Made by a program: the position numbers and the translations under genes
Origin: Eledone cirrhosa
Lineage: Eukaryota
Assembly (NCBI GenBank): GCA_964016885.1
Contig: OZ024745.1
Coordinates: 27,776,001-27,840,000 of the forward strand
Length of the DNA stretch: 64,000 nucleotides
Reading direction: 5' to 3'
Shown: positions 14,298 through 25,500 of the stretch, piece by piece
How the letters are laid out: the number at the start of each line of letters is the position of its first letter
How positions within the stretch are numbered: the first letter of the stretch is position 1
Notes under the pieces: generated by a model
Database searches by the model: none
What the model was told of the DNA's origin: nothing
What the model saw: only the letters and a program-made list of their open reading frames with translations

Positions 14298-14840
14298 ACA
14301 TACATACATACATGGTGGCTGCCAACTCGTTTTCGAGTACGACCACTACTTTATATCCATGTAGGAGAACCCCTACTGATGCGCTGAACGAGTGTGACTT
14401 TTTAGTCCAGCCAGCGACTTGAAAACTCTGGTACAAACACTACACTTGTGACAATTACTGACACATTGTGCTGGGCCCATTGTACCCTGTGACGACAAGT
14501 GCAGAGAGATCTCCAGATATAAAGCAATGCCTGTGCCGTTAAGCTTTTATAGTGAGCAAAGGCACTGCACAAAGCCAGTCCCACTCTCTTAACCAAGATG
14601 ATATTTACCAAAAAGAAGAACACGTCAACATCATTGGATACCATCAGGGTTGCAGGTGCTATATCAGAGTTTTCCTTCTCCTAGAATTCTGCCTTGACAA
14701 AGGCTAAGGGGTCATCTCTCCCGGTGATTTTGGATGGTCATTGACTCTTAAGAGCTCCTTTGCCCTTTGACAGGTTTTGTTTTTAGTCCTGCAGGATGTC
14801 CAAAGTCACCCTCCTCACCAAGAAACCTTGGTGGGGTTGC
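14298..14840 (-). mobile_element. Non-autonomous bipartite RTE-derived element (5'UTR joined to C-terminal zinc finger and (ATGT)n tail)
   Basis: RTE-type UTR motif ctaggagaaggaaaactctga. 14450-14373 encodes HKCSVCTRVFKSLAGLKSHTRSAHQ*. Homologous to 21271-21885 and 54150-54490. Confidence 0.65.
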
Positions 14841-15190
14841 ACATACATACATACCTACATATATACATATATACCTACATACCTACATACACACATACAT
14901 ACCTACATATATACATACATACACACATAGATACCTACATATATACATACATACACACATACATACCTACCTACACACATACATACATACCTACATGCCT
15001 ACATACACACATACATACCTACATATATACATACATACACACATACCTACATATATACATATATACCTACATACCTACATACACACATACATACCTACAT
15101 ATATACATACATACCTACACAAACCTACATACATACATACACACCTACATATATACATACCTACCTACACACATACATACATACACAGAC
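14841..15190. repeat. (ACAT/ACCT)n tetranucleotide mosaic with higher-order repetition
   Basis: Directly visible. Confidence 0.9.
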
Positions 15191-15279
15191 AAAAAGGTGC
15201 AAACTGTTTAAATTCCAGTTCACCCACCCCACCTCAACACACCCCCATCACCCCCATTCCAGACCTCCAATAACATTTC

Positions 15280-15440
15280 AATATTTCAACTTCTCTTTGG
15301 AGCTCCAGCTCGGTCTCATACTCTATTGTCACTTTTGGACGTCTTTTTGACATTTTCTTTGTTTTTCCTTTGTGATGTTCTGCTGATAACGATGATGGTG
15401 CTTGCTTCCGTTTCTTATCTTTCCCGCCCGTCGTTGCTAA
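15280..15440 (-). pseudogene. Possible MAK16-like C-terminal fragment (orphan exon or retrocopy piece)
   Basis: LSAEHHKGKTKKMSKRRPKVTIEYETELELQ resembles my recollection of the MAK16 C-terminus (basic patch then VEIEYE). No other MAK16 segments seen. Confidence 0.35.
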
Positions 15441-15483
15441 CGTACATACGTTGCATACATACATACATACATACATACATACA

Positions 15484-15517
<34 letters not shown>

Positions 15518-15519
15518 AA

Positions 15520-15850
15520 AATCAACGTTGTAAGAAAAATACAAAAGAAGGAGGACATCTACGGACATCTACGGACCATTGATGAGGATTTTGAGAATCC
15601 AGTATCTAAGATACACCTTCAGCTTCATACCCATCATTATTGGAGCTACAACTTATATACCAACCCGCTTGGACCAAAGTATGACTGAACTTGTATTTGT
15701 GGACAAAGAGCGCAGCTCCCTAATTCATAGACGACAAATGGCTGCAATAGCTGGCACCTTCAAAATTTTCAAAACTCTCCTGCGATTCAAGGGATGACAA
15801 ATTCTTTTCTTTTACAACCTTGCCACCAGGAAGGTGGCCGGTCAGAAATG
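15520..15850 (+). mobile_element. Decayed CR1/Jockey-like LINE 3' fragment
   Basis: IIGATTYIPTRLDQ...SSLIHRRQMAAIAGTFKI resembles the SLxHRRxVA motif downstream of the RT. Confidence 0.45.
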
Positions 15851-16964
15851 TACTTGAAATTAAGAGAAAGGGAAACATACATACATACATACATACATAC
15901 ATACATACATACATACATACATACATACATACATACAAACATACATCTATACATACATACATAAATGATTGCTTCATTTTGTTAGTTGATAGCCGTCTCA
16001 AAATTACTTCAATCATTCCTGAAAGCCTACATTCTCTTCTCAATCCAGCAACAAATGGCAAGACGAAAACCCCACCCCCAAGCAATGACAACACTCCATC
16101 ACAGGACACATCAGCACCGAGCCTCTTATGAATGGAGTTAAGGTTGAGCATCCCGGCATGGTTTTATCCTCTAAATAAAGAGTTAGAAGTTTGGGAAAAA
16201 ATGTTGCACGGTAATTTACTGTCATGTTTCGATAGTGTCACCATTTTCTCATAAATATTTTATCATATAATGCGAGTTAGGCATTTGGAATGGAAGTTGA
16301 CAAAAATCTAGTTTTCACTTCCTTTTTCGTTAAACGTTAAGTGCAACACATTAATACCTCGATTACCACTTTAGACAAATTCCTTAAAATGCAGCGTTAA
16401 ATGAAGCGGTTATACAGGTACAGGGTTAATATGATATAACATAAATAGAGATATAAACTTCAAAGGTCGTTGGTTATTTTTAACAGTGGTATGGTCAAAG
16501 ATGGTGTAATTTCACCGAACAATGGAAAAATTCAGAAACGCAGTCAGGCCTTCCAAGTATTTAATAACTATAGGTAACACCAACCAATGTGATGTCGCAG
16601 ATTCTAGAATTAAATTAGAAAAGTTTAATTAAGATCGAATGCTACAATAAACATTATGAACCAGGTTAAATTAATCAGATTTAATCACCAATATACAACA
16701 GATATAATTCCCATTAATTTAGTTGAAAAATTGTTCTGAGTTATTTGAAGAGATTGTATCTAAGACGAATAACCAAGTTGTAATTCTTCCTTGAGGAAAG
16801 CAAGTGATGATATGTGTATATTCTTGTGTTCTCACGAAGGAATTCGTGCTAACAGGATATTGTTTTGCTGCTAATCACCCAGTCAATGTAATTCTCAGTA
16901 AACTGGCCCATGGTTTCCTTAATCTTGCTGCTGTAATTACTGAAGCTTTCAATACTAAGAATTC

Positions 16965-17031
16965 TTTCTGATATCACTGTGGTGATATTTCTGATATCGC
17001 TGTGGTGATATTTCTGATATCGCTGTGGTGA
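16965..17031. repeat. 23-bp tandem repeat x3 with internal palindrome
   Basis: tttctgatatc(a/g)ctgtggtgata repeated three times; atatcac/gtgatat stem. Confidence 0.9.
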
Positions 17032-17052
17032 CGTTAAGCTCATTATTACTAA

Positions 17053-17245
17053 CGAGGGCGGAGAATTGGCAGTATCGGTAGAGGGTCGGACGCCGTGCTT
17101 TATAGCATAGTTACATCCCTTTACGATCTGAGTTCAAATCCCGCCGAGGTTGACTTTGCCTTTCATCCTTACGGGGTTCGATAAAATAAAGTACCAGTAA
17201 TACACTGGGTAATTGCTGGCCTTGTGCCTAAAGTAGAAACAATTA
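17053..17245 (+). mobile_element. Full-length Nin/Deu SINE
   Basis: Consensus match. TSD attattactaa at 17042-17052 and 17242-17252. Confidence 0.93.
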
Positions 17246-17249
17246 TTAC

Positions 17250-17800
17250 TAATCTTATTTTTCTTTTTGACCCCCAATCAAGGCAATAAAGCCACTAAAA
17301 TGTAAGGGATTACTTAGAAGGGAAAATGACAAGACAGAGATAACATGATTCGAGGAGAGAAAAAATGAGATGACGATTGATGTTGGATTTGAAGTTTTCA
17401 AATTGTAGTGATCAAGAATGCATGAAGCCGGATTTAGATTATAAAGTGTTTATCTCCGTGATTCGTAAGTTTGAAAGGGTGACGGAAGAAGTTTGCCGTC
17501 ACATTAGAAATTTCAGGCTGATCAATTGGTTAGAGTAAGAATGTGGTGTTTGTTGTAAACTACCACGGCAGAAATGCAGATTTGAAAGGTGTCGATATTT
17601 TATATGTGACCTGGAGTATTATCAATCACCCTCAATACCCTAGGTTATAATCTTCGCAAAACCTTTGGCCAAATGTATGAAAAATACACATTGTGAAAAT
17701 TTCTATCATCATTCTAGGCAGCTCTATTATATTTCCAAATTACAAGCAACTGCATTCTTGATATTTCATTCGTATCCCCAAGGAGGACTATAAACGGTGT
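17250..17800 (-). mobile_element. Possible highly decayed LINE AP-endonuclease remnant
   Basis: Minus-strand SSNHVISV resembles the SDH motif; little else is recognisable. Confidence 0.25.
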
Positions 17801-20589
17801 CTTTCGACCTTAAAAGAAAAGCGTTTGTTTTTCCTTTTCTGTAGATGAAGAAGATGGCATTATTTTCCATGCTCAATGATAATCTTAAAAACCTGGGGGA
17901 ATTTTCTGGTTCCCAAGATATGCGGAGTTTCGACTCATGAACTACGGATAACAACAAACAATACTTGATTTGAAAATGTTACAGGAGAGCATTTTAAGTC
18001 CGATATATACTCTGCAGACAAGGACGTATCGTCAAAACTATTCTATATACACTATTTTAGTGTCCAAGTATTTCTGACGTATGGACATTTGTTGAATATT
18101 TGATGTCGCACGAAGGTAAAAACTGCTTATCAACTGATTTCACCACGAAGACCACTCTTTCAACATCCTTTAGCCAGGGGTGGATAGGTAGTTTCATCTC
18201 TCTGGAGGCTATGATAGAAGCGCCAAAAATGACCGAGGGCAGACACTTCTCTCTTCGACCGAGCTTTCATTGATTTTTTCAGGTTTTACTTGAAGAGGAA
18301 GCGGAATATGACGAGCTGTGATCAATTGAATTCTGCAAACAGCGGTTGCAGGAAATATAGTTTCCCTATTTGCTATTGTTGATGCTGCTAATTTATCTGC
18401 TGTTAGCGACCTACTGTTTTCGTTTGCTTATTCTCGTTTTCAAAGCAGAATGCCCTTAGGTGTCTTTACTATCAGATGTTTAGCACTTAGACCTTCTCAC
18501 CTACACCACCCGTCTGATTGACTGATTCCTGATTTGAGTACATCTTTTACACAGTCTTGTGGTTGTTGAATTCATCAGGAACTATAAAATCATGCAAATA
18601 CTAACCAACCATAAACTCATGCAATTACTAACCAACCATATGCCCATACTGCTACACAAAGGTTATGACAAGCTAAAAATTCAACGTCTGTGTAACTCTA
18701 GTATCCTTGAAGCACGCCAACTTTCAGTACCAACATATTTCTTCACACATTAAATATACACTGATTCATTTGAGTGATGCCACATCCAGGGTCTCCTCTA
18801 ATTCCTTTTTTAAGGACATATGGAAATCCCTAATAGAGGGTTAATTTTGTTAATGGAGGTATGCCAGCCTCCCCATCATTCTTTCTTTGATAAATTCGTA
18901 AGCCTTGTATTTTTGTGGGTCAAGTGGAGTGACTTCGTTTAACTCACAATATTACAAATGATGGAATGTTAGTGTTGATGTTGCTGTTATCGTCGTTGTT
19001 CGTTGTTTTTGCCATTCAACTGAATTTTTCAAGTTCCAGTTCTATCATCTCCTGTATCTTTTACTAAACATGTCTAGACTTCAATCTTTATTGATATTTT
19101 CATTGTCAGTATTTATTTAACATTTTTTTAAAATCATGTTCTTTCGTTTTAAAACAAAATGGGGCACATGTATTTTTTTTCCTTTTGGCGGGGATTTGCA
19201 TCTACCACAAGTGTGGCGAGCTGCTCTTTCTGCTATTTCTGTAGCGGTTAACGCGTGTAACTTATAGCAAATGACTATTTGCCAAAAATATGGAAACAAT
19301 TAGTGTCAAACTATATATATTAAGCCCTCCATTCGTAAAACTGGAACAACAATTTTCATAGGTAATCCGGTTAAAAATTATTTCATCTCAGACATCTCTG
19401 AGAGATGTTCGTTCGCTTCAACAAATAATATAACAACAAAAATAATAAATTCTTTATTGGACACAAGAACTCTTACAGACAAAAGTAACACGTTATACAA
19501 CAAACATAAGAAAGTTGATATATATTGAAACAAAAATAAATATAAGAGTATATAAAAACATCCGTTAATTAAAATTGGATATAATGAAACATTTTTTAAT
19601 GTGAAACAGGAATAAAATAATCCACTTCTACATAGGTGAAAGAACAACTTCTAGATTGGTTCAGAGAACCTCGTGGCTGTGAATATCTTCCACCCTCTGT
19701 TCACTTCAGTCAGCTCATTGTTTCCATGGTTTTCATTCAGATCGTTAAGTGAATCAATTTGAAATGTGGTTGTGATTTGTAAAACCCATGCATTCCTTTC
19801 CATAAGTGGCACTTAGTACTATTTCTGAAATAGCTGGATTTACTGACCCGCATTACCAATAATTAATTTTCTTTCCTCACCTGCGATGGTGTACAGCACT
19901 GTGATGCCTCAGTTGTGTTCATCCGCCAGTTACAACTGCACGTCAGCTTTCCCTTGAAAACATACTGAAAACCCGCTAGTCTTTTAGTAGAGTAATACCA
20001 GTCTTCTTGACTTTTTCCCCAAAGAAATCGTCGGGTAAGTAGTCAGAAGATTTCGTAACATACCTGTCCAATATTTCTTTTTTCTCTAAGACCATTATTG
20101 AGAATTACTATTCCGTAGGCAACATTGGCAAAATAGTTGTTACCATTTCTACCGCCTTTACTGTTAATTGCAATTTAAAATATTGTCACTTTTTCCGTGC
20201 AGTGTGGATGTTGTGTTTACTTCTTTACTTGTAATTCTTTCTGTTTGTCAAATTTCATTTCTAAATTTATGTTCGTGCTGCAAATATTTTAACCCTTGTT
20301 CAAAATTCTTCTGGCATCTTCGCCATACAAAGAACATGATGTGTTGTTACAGAAGTAAACAAATATTTAGAAAATGTTCTTGGACACATAATGTCCAAAG
20401 ACAAACCTTATTTATTCAATGATAAATTAAAAAGAGGTGGTTACTTAAATCCTCCAAAGCATGCAATTCGACAAAATATCTTCATGAAGTAGAAACACAG
20501 CAACTCTCTCTAGCAAAGATCTATGTGTGGATACATTTGCTCCCACAATACATAATAGTAACTAAGACAAACAGACAAATAATAATTAT

Positions 20590-21057
20590 TATTTCTTTAT
20601 TGGGTACTAGGGCCGAAACATATTGGAGAATTCACAACAGGTACAGTGGGGCTCTACATAAAACGTGTAAAAAGGATAACAGGAAACGATCAACAATGAA
20701 TTAATAACAACAATGTTCCCCAATAGGGTAGATTACGAACCCCACAGATTCTAAACCACCTTAATCGCCTAAACCACCATTAAATGATGCCGCTCTCGTC
20801 TATAAACACTTTACCCTATAGGCGCATGATCATAGTAGGCCCATTCACTCGGACCAGCATTTCCCTCTTCACCGTCACTTTCCTTCCCAAGAGGAATTTG
20901 AAATTTGGCCGAAGAGGAAAGTGTCTGTTTTCAGTCGTTTCAGTCGCATCCACCACACAACCTCTTTCAACTACAGTTACCAGACTGAGTAAAACTGTCT
21001 GCCTTTTCCGGCCAAAAGAAACCGGCAGAGCGATCCTCACGACGGAGTCCGATGGTC
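20590..21057 (-). mobile_element. L1/Tx1-like LINE 3' end and 3'UTR
   Basis: SVVRIALPVSF...VLLSLVTVV...FKFLLGRKVTVKREMLVRVNG, followed by aataaagaaa and an (AAT)n tail on the minus strand. Confidence 0.55.
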
Positions 21058-21069
21058 TATATGCGTATA

Positions 21070-21258
21070 GGGCGGTCGATTGGCAGTATCAGTAGCGGGT
21101 CGGACGCCATGCTTTCCAGCATAGTTACGTCCCTTTACGATCTGAGTTCAAATCCTGCCGAGGTTGACTTTGCCTTTCATCCTTACGGGGTCGATAAAAT
21201 AAAGTACCAGTAATGCACTGGGTTATTGCTGGCCTTGTGCCTAAAGTAGAAACAATTA
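21070..21258 (+). mobile_element. Full-length Nin/Deu SINE
   Basis: Consensus match. TSD tatatgcgtata at 21058-21069 and 21259-21270. Confidence 0.93.
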
Positions 21259-21270
21259 TATATGCGTATA

Positions 21271-21885
21271 TGCTTGGTGAGTAGCGTAATTTTTGGACAC
21301 CCTGTGGGAAGAATAACAAAACCCGTTAAAGGGTGGAGTAACTCAGAAGAGTCAACGACCATCCAATAGTGTGTAGATATTTATGTTGTGTGTAGTTATG
21401 TATATGTATATATATATATGTGTGTGTGTGTGTGCGGGGACATGGAAATACTCGGTTTGGTGCCCCCAACATGTTCTTAGCCCACGGAGAGTGAGCGACC
21501 GCTGGTTCTTGTTAGGATATCATTCTAGAAGAAAAACTCTGATGTAAATCTTGCGATTCAATGGCACCCAATGATGTTGACTTGTTCTTCTTTTGGGATA
21601 CCTGTGACCGTTGTCCAGCGAGTAGGATTAGTCGAGTTCACTTTAAAAAGCTTTAAAAAGCTTCAAGCACTGGTATCACTTGATCTAAATGTCTTACACT
21701 CGTATTAAATGAGCATAACTGGACATAGTTGAAGAGGATATTTTTCTTTTCTTTCGCTGCAGCAAATGTACAAAGGGGTTTAAAGTGTTTTGCAGAGCTA
21801 AAAAGTCACGTTCATTCCAGACATGTGTGAGAAAAGGATCAAGTGATGTCAATTCTTGAATTTGAGATGCAGCCAACACTTATGT
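21271..21885 (+). mobile_element. Second, more diverged copy of the bipartite RTE-derived element
   Basis: cttggtgag..tttggacaccctg..aacaaaacccgttaaaggg..gagtcaacgaccatccaa and ccaatgatgttgacttgttcttc align to the reverse complement of 14600-14830. Frameshifted zinc finger FRCSKCTKGF...LKSHVH near 21755-21815. Confidence 0.65.
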
Positions 21886-21937
21886 ATATATGCGCGCACA
21901 CGTGTGCCTGTGTGTATGTATACCATTATCTTTCATC

Positions 21938-22085
21938 GTGGATTGGCAGTATCGGTAGAGGGTCGGACGCCATGCTTTGACGCATAGAGTTACGGCCCTT
22001 GCCATTCTGAATTCAAATCCCGCCGAGGTTAACTTTGGCTTTCATCCTTATGGGGTCGATAAAATAAAGTACCAGTAATACACTG
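21938..22085 (+). mobile_element. 3'-truncated Nin/Deu SINE running into (TAG)n/(TGG)n
   Basis: Consensus match up to taatacactg. Confidence 0.9.
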
Positions 22086-22100
22086 CAGCAGCAGCAGAAA

Positions 22101-22160
<60 letters not shown>

Positions 22161-22196
22161 GGGGGGGGGGGGGGGGTAGTAGTGGTGGTGGTGGTG

Positions 22197-22261
<65 letters not shown>

Positions 22262-22529
22262 TCAGTGATGGCATGAACAACCACAACAGGAAGTGCGGCA
22301 GCAGCATCAGCAGCAGCAGCAGCAGCAACAACAAATCAACAGCAACAGCAGTAGTAGCGGGGCGTAGACATAAGTATTGTTAATGGCTGCAGCGGTAGCT
22401 GTTGCCATAGTAGCGGTAACTATGCCAACAACAATAATAGGAGCTAGTGTAAAAGAGTAGGTCATCTCTAACCACTGCCCTATAACATCACTTCTCTAGC
22501 AAAGTTTTCGAAACCACGACGGCATAACG

Positions 22530-25500
22530 TTGATAGTAAGTGACCACTGTGGTAAATACTTGGTAGTAAGTGACCACTGTGGTAAATACTTGGTAGTAAG
22601 TGACCACTGTGGTAAATACTTGGTAGTAAGTGACCACTGTGGTAAATACTTGATAGTAAGTGACCACTGTGGTAAATACTTGGTAGTAAGTGACCACTGT
22701 GGTAAATACTTGGTAGTAAGTGACCACTGTGGTAAATACTTGGTAGTAAGTGACCACTGAGGTAAATACTTGGTAGTAAGTGACCACTGTGGTAAATACT
22801 TGGTAGTAAGTGACCACTGAGGTAAATACTTGGTAGTAAGTGACCACTGTGGTAAATACTTGGTAGTAAGTGACCACTGAGGTAAATACTTGGTAGTAAG
22901 TGACCACTGTGGTAAATACTTGGTAGTAAGTGACCACTGTGGTAAATACTTGGTAGTAAGTGACCACTGTGGTAAATACTTGGTAGTAAGTGACCACTGT
23001 GGTAAATACTTGGTAGTAAGTGACCACTGTGGTAAATACTTGGTAGTAAGTGACCACTGAGGTAAATACTTGGTAGTAAGTGACCACTGTGGTAAATACT
23101 TGGTAGTAAGTGACCACTGAGGTAAATACTTGGTAGTAAGTGACCACTGTGGTAAATACTTGGTAGTAAGTGACCACTGAGGTAAATACTTGGTAGTAAG
23201 TGACCACTGTGGTAAATACTTGGTAGTAAGTGACCACTGTGGTAAATACTTGGTAGTAAGTGACCACTGTGGTAAATACTTGGTAGTAAGTGACCACTGT
23301 GGTAAATACTTGGTAGTAAGTGACCACTGTGGTAAATACTTGGTAGTAAGTGACCACTGTGGTAAATACTTGGTAGTAAGTGACCACTGTGGTAAATACT
23401 TGGTAGTAAGTGACCACTGTGGTAAATACTTGGTAGTAAGTGACAACTGTGGTAAATACTTGGTAGTAAGTGACCACTGTGGTAAATAGTTGATAGTAAG
23501 TGACCACTGTGGTAAATACTTGGTAGTAAGTGACCACTGTGGTAAATACTTGGTAGTAAGTGACCACTGTGGTAAATACTTGGTAGTAAGTGGCCACTGT
23601 GGTAAATACTTGGTAGTAAGTGACCACTGTGGTAAATACTTGGTAGTAAGTGACCACTGTGGTAAATACTTGGTAGTAAGTGACCACTGTGGTAAATACT
23701 TGGTAGTAAGTGACCACTGTGGTAAATACTTGGTAGTAAGTGACCACTGTGGTAAATACTTGGTAGTAAGTGACCACTGTGGTAAATACTTGGTAGTAAG
23801 TGGCCACTGTGGTAAATACTTGGTAGTAAGTGACCACTGTGGTAAATACTTGGTAGTAAGTGACCACTGTGGTAAATACTTGGTAGTAAGTGACCACTGT
23901 GGTAAATACTTGGTAGTAAGTGACCACTGTGGTAAATACTTGGTAGTAAGTGACCACTGTGGTAAATACTTGGTAGTAAGTGACCACTGTGGTAAATACT
24001 TGGTAGTAAGTGACCACTGTGGTAAATACTTGGTAGTAAGTGACCACTGTGGTAAATACTTGGTAGTAAGTGACCACTGTGGTAAATACTTGATAGTAAG
24101 TGACCACTGTGGTAAATACTTGGTAGTAAGTGACCACTGCGGTAAATACTTGGTAGTAAGTGACCACTGTGGTAAATACTTGATAGTAAGTGACCACTGT
24201 GGTAAATACTTGGTAGTAAGTGACCACTGTGGTAAATACTTGATAGTAAGTGACCACTGTGGTAAATACTTGGTAGTAAGTGACCACTGTGGTAAATACT
24301 TGGTAGTAAGTGACCACTGTGGTAAATACTTGGTAGTAAGTGACCATGTGGTAAATACTTGGTAGTAAGTGACCACTGAGGTAAATACTTGGTAGTAAGT
24401 GACCACTGTGGTAAATACTTGGTAGTAAGTGACCACTGTGGTAAATACTTGGTAGTAAGTGACCACTGTGGTAAATACTTGGTAGTAAGTGACCACTGTG
24501 GTAAATACTTGGTAGTAAGTGACCAATGTGGTAAATACATGGTAGTAAGTGACCACTGTGGTAAATACTTGGTAGTAAGTGACCACTGTGGTAAATACTT
24601 GGTAGTAAGTGACCACTGTGGTAAATACTTGGTAGTAAGTGACCACTGTGGTAAATACTTGGTAGTAAGTGACCACTGTGGTAAATACTTGGTAGTAAGT
24701 GACCAATGTGGTAAATACATGGTAGTAAGTGACCACTGTGGTAAATACTTGGTAGTAAGTGACCACTGTGGTAAATACTTGGTAGTAAGTGACCACTGTG
24801 GTAAATACTTGGTAGTAAGTGACCACTGAGGTAAATGCTTGGTACTAAGTGATCACTGTGGTAAATACTTGATAGTAAGTGACCACTGTGGTAAATACTT
24901 GGTAGTAAGTGACCACTGTGGTAAATACTTGATAGTAAGTGACCACTGTGGTAAATACTTGGTAGTAAGTGACCACTGTGGTAAATACTTGATAGTAAGT
25001 GACCACTGTGGTAAATACTTGGTAGTAAGTGACCACTGTGGTAAATACTTGGTAGTAAGTGACCACTGTGGTAAATACTTGATAGTAAGTGACCACTGTG
25101 GTAAATACTTGGTAGTAAGTGACCACTGTGGTAAATACTTGGTAGTAAGTGACCACTGTGGTAAATACTTGGTAGTAAGTGACCACTGTGGTAAATACTT
25201 GGTAGTAAGTGACCACGCAGGTAAATACTTGGTAGTAAGTGACCACGGTGGTAAATACTTGGTAGTAAGTGACCACTGTGGTAAATACTTGATAGTAAGT
25301 GACAACTGTGGTAAATACTTGATGGTAAGTGACCACTGTGGTAAATAGTTGATGGTAAGTGACCACTGTGGTAAATACTTGGTAGTAAGTGACCACTGAG
25401 GTAAATACTTGGTCGTAAGTGACCACTGTGGTAAATAGTTGATAGTGAGTGACAACTGTAGTAAATACTTGATGGTAAGTGACCACTATGGTAAATACTT

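Noticed and set aside
14373-14450. Host C2H2 zinc-finger gene exon
   Set aside because: Single finger with no TGEKP linker, embedded in a repeated RTE-derived element
18800-20500. Possible DNA transposon (piggyBac/hAT) remnant, including the peptide HTCGRCKSP
   Set aside because: No TIRs or catalytic motifs that I could verify; left unannotated
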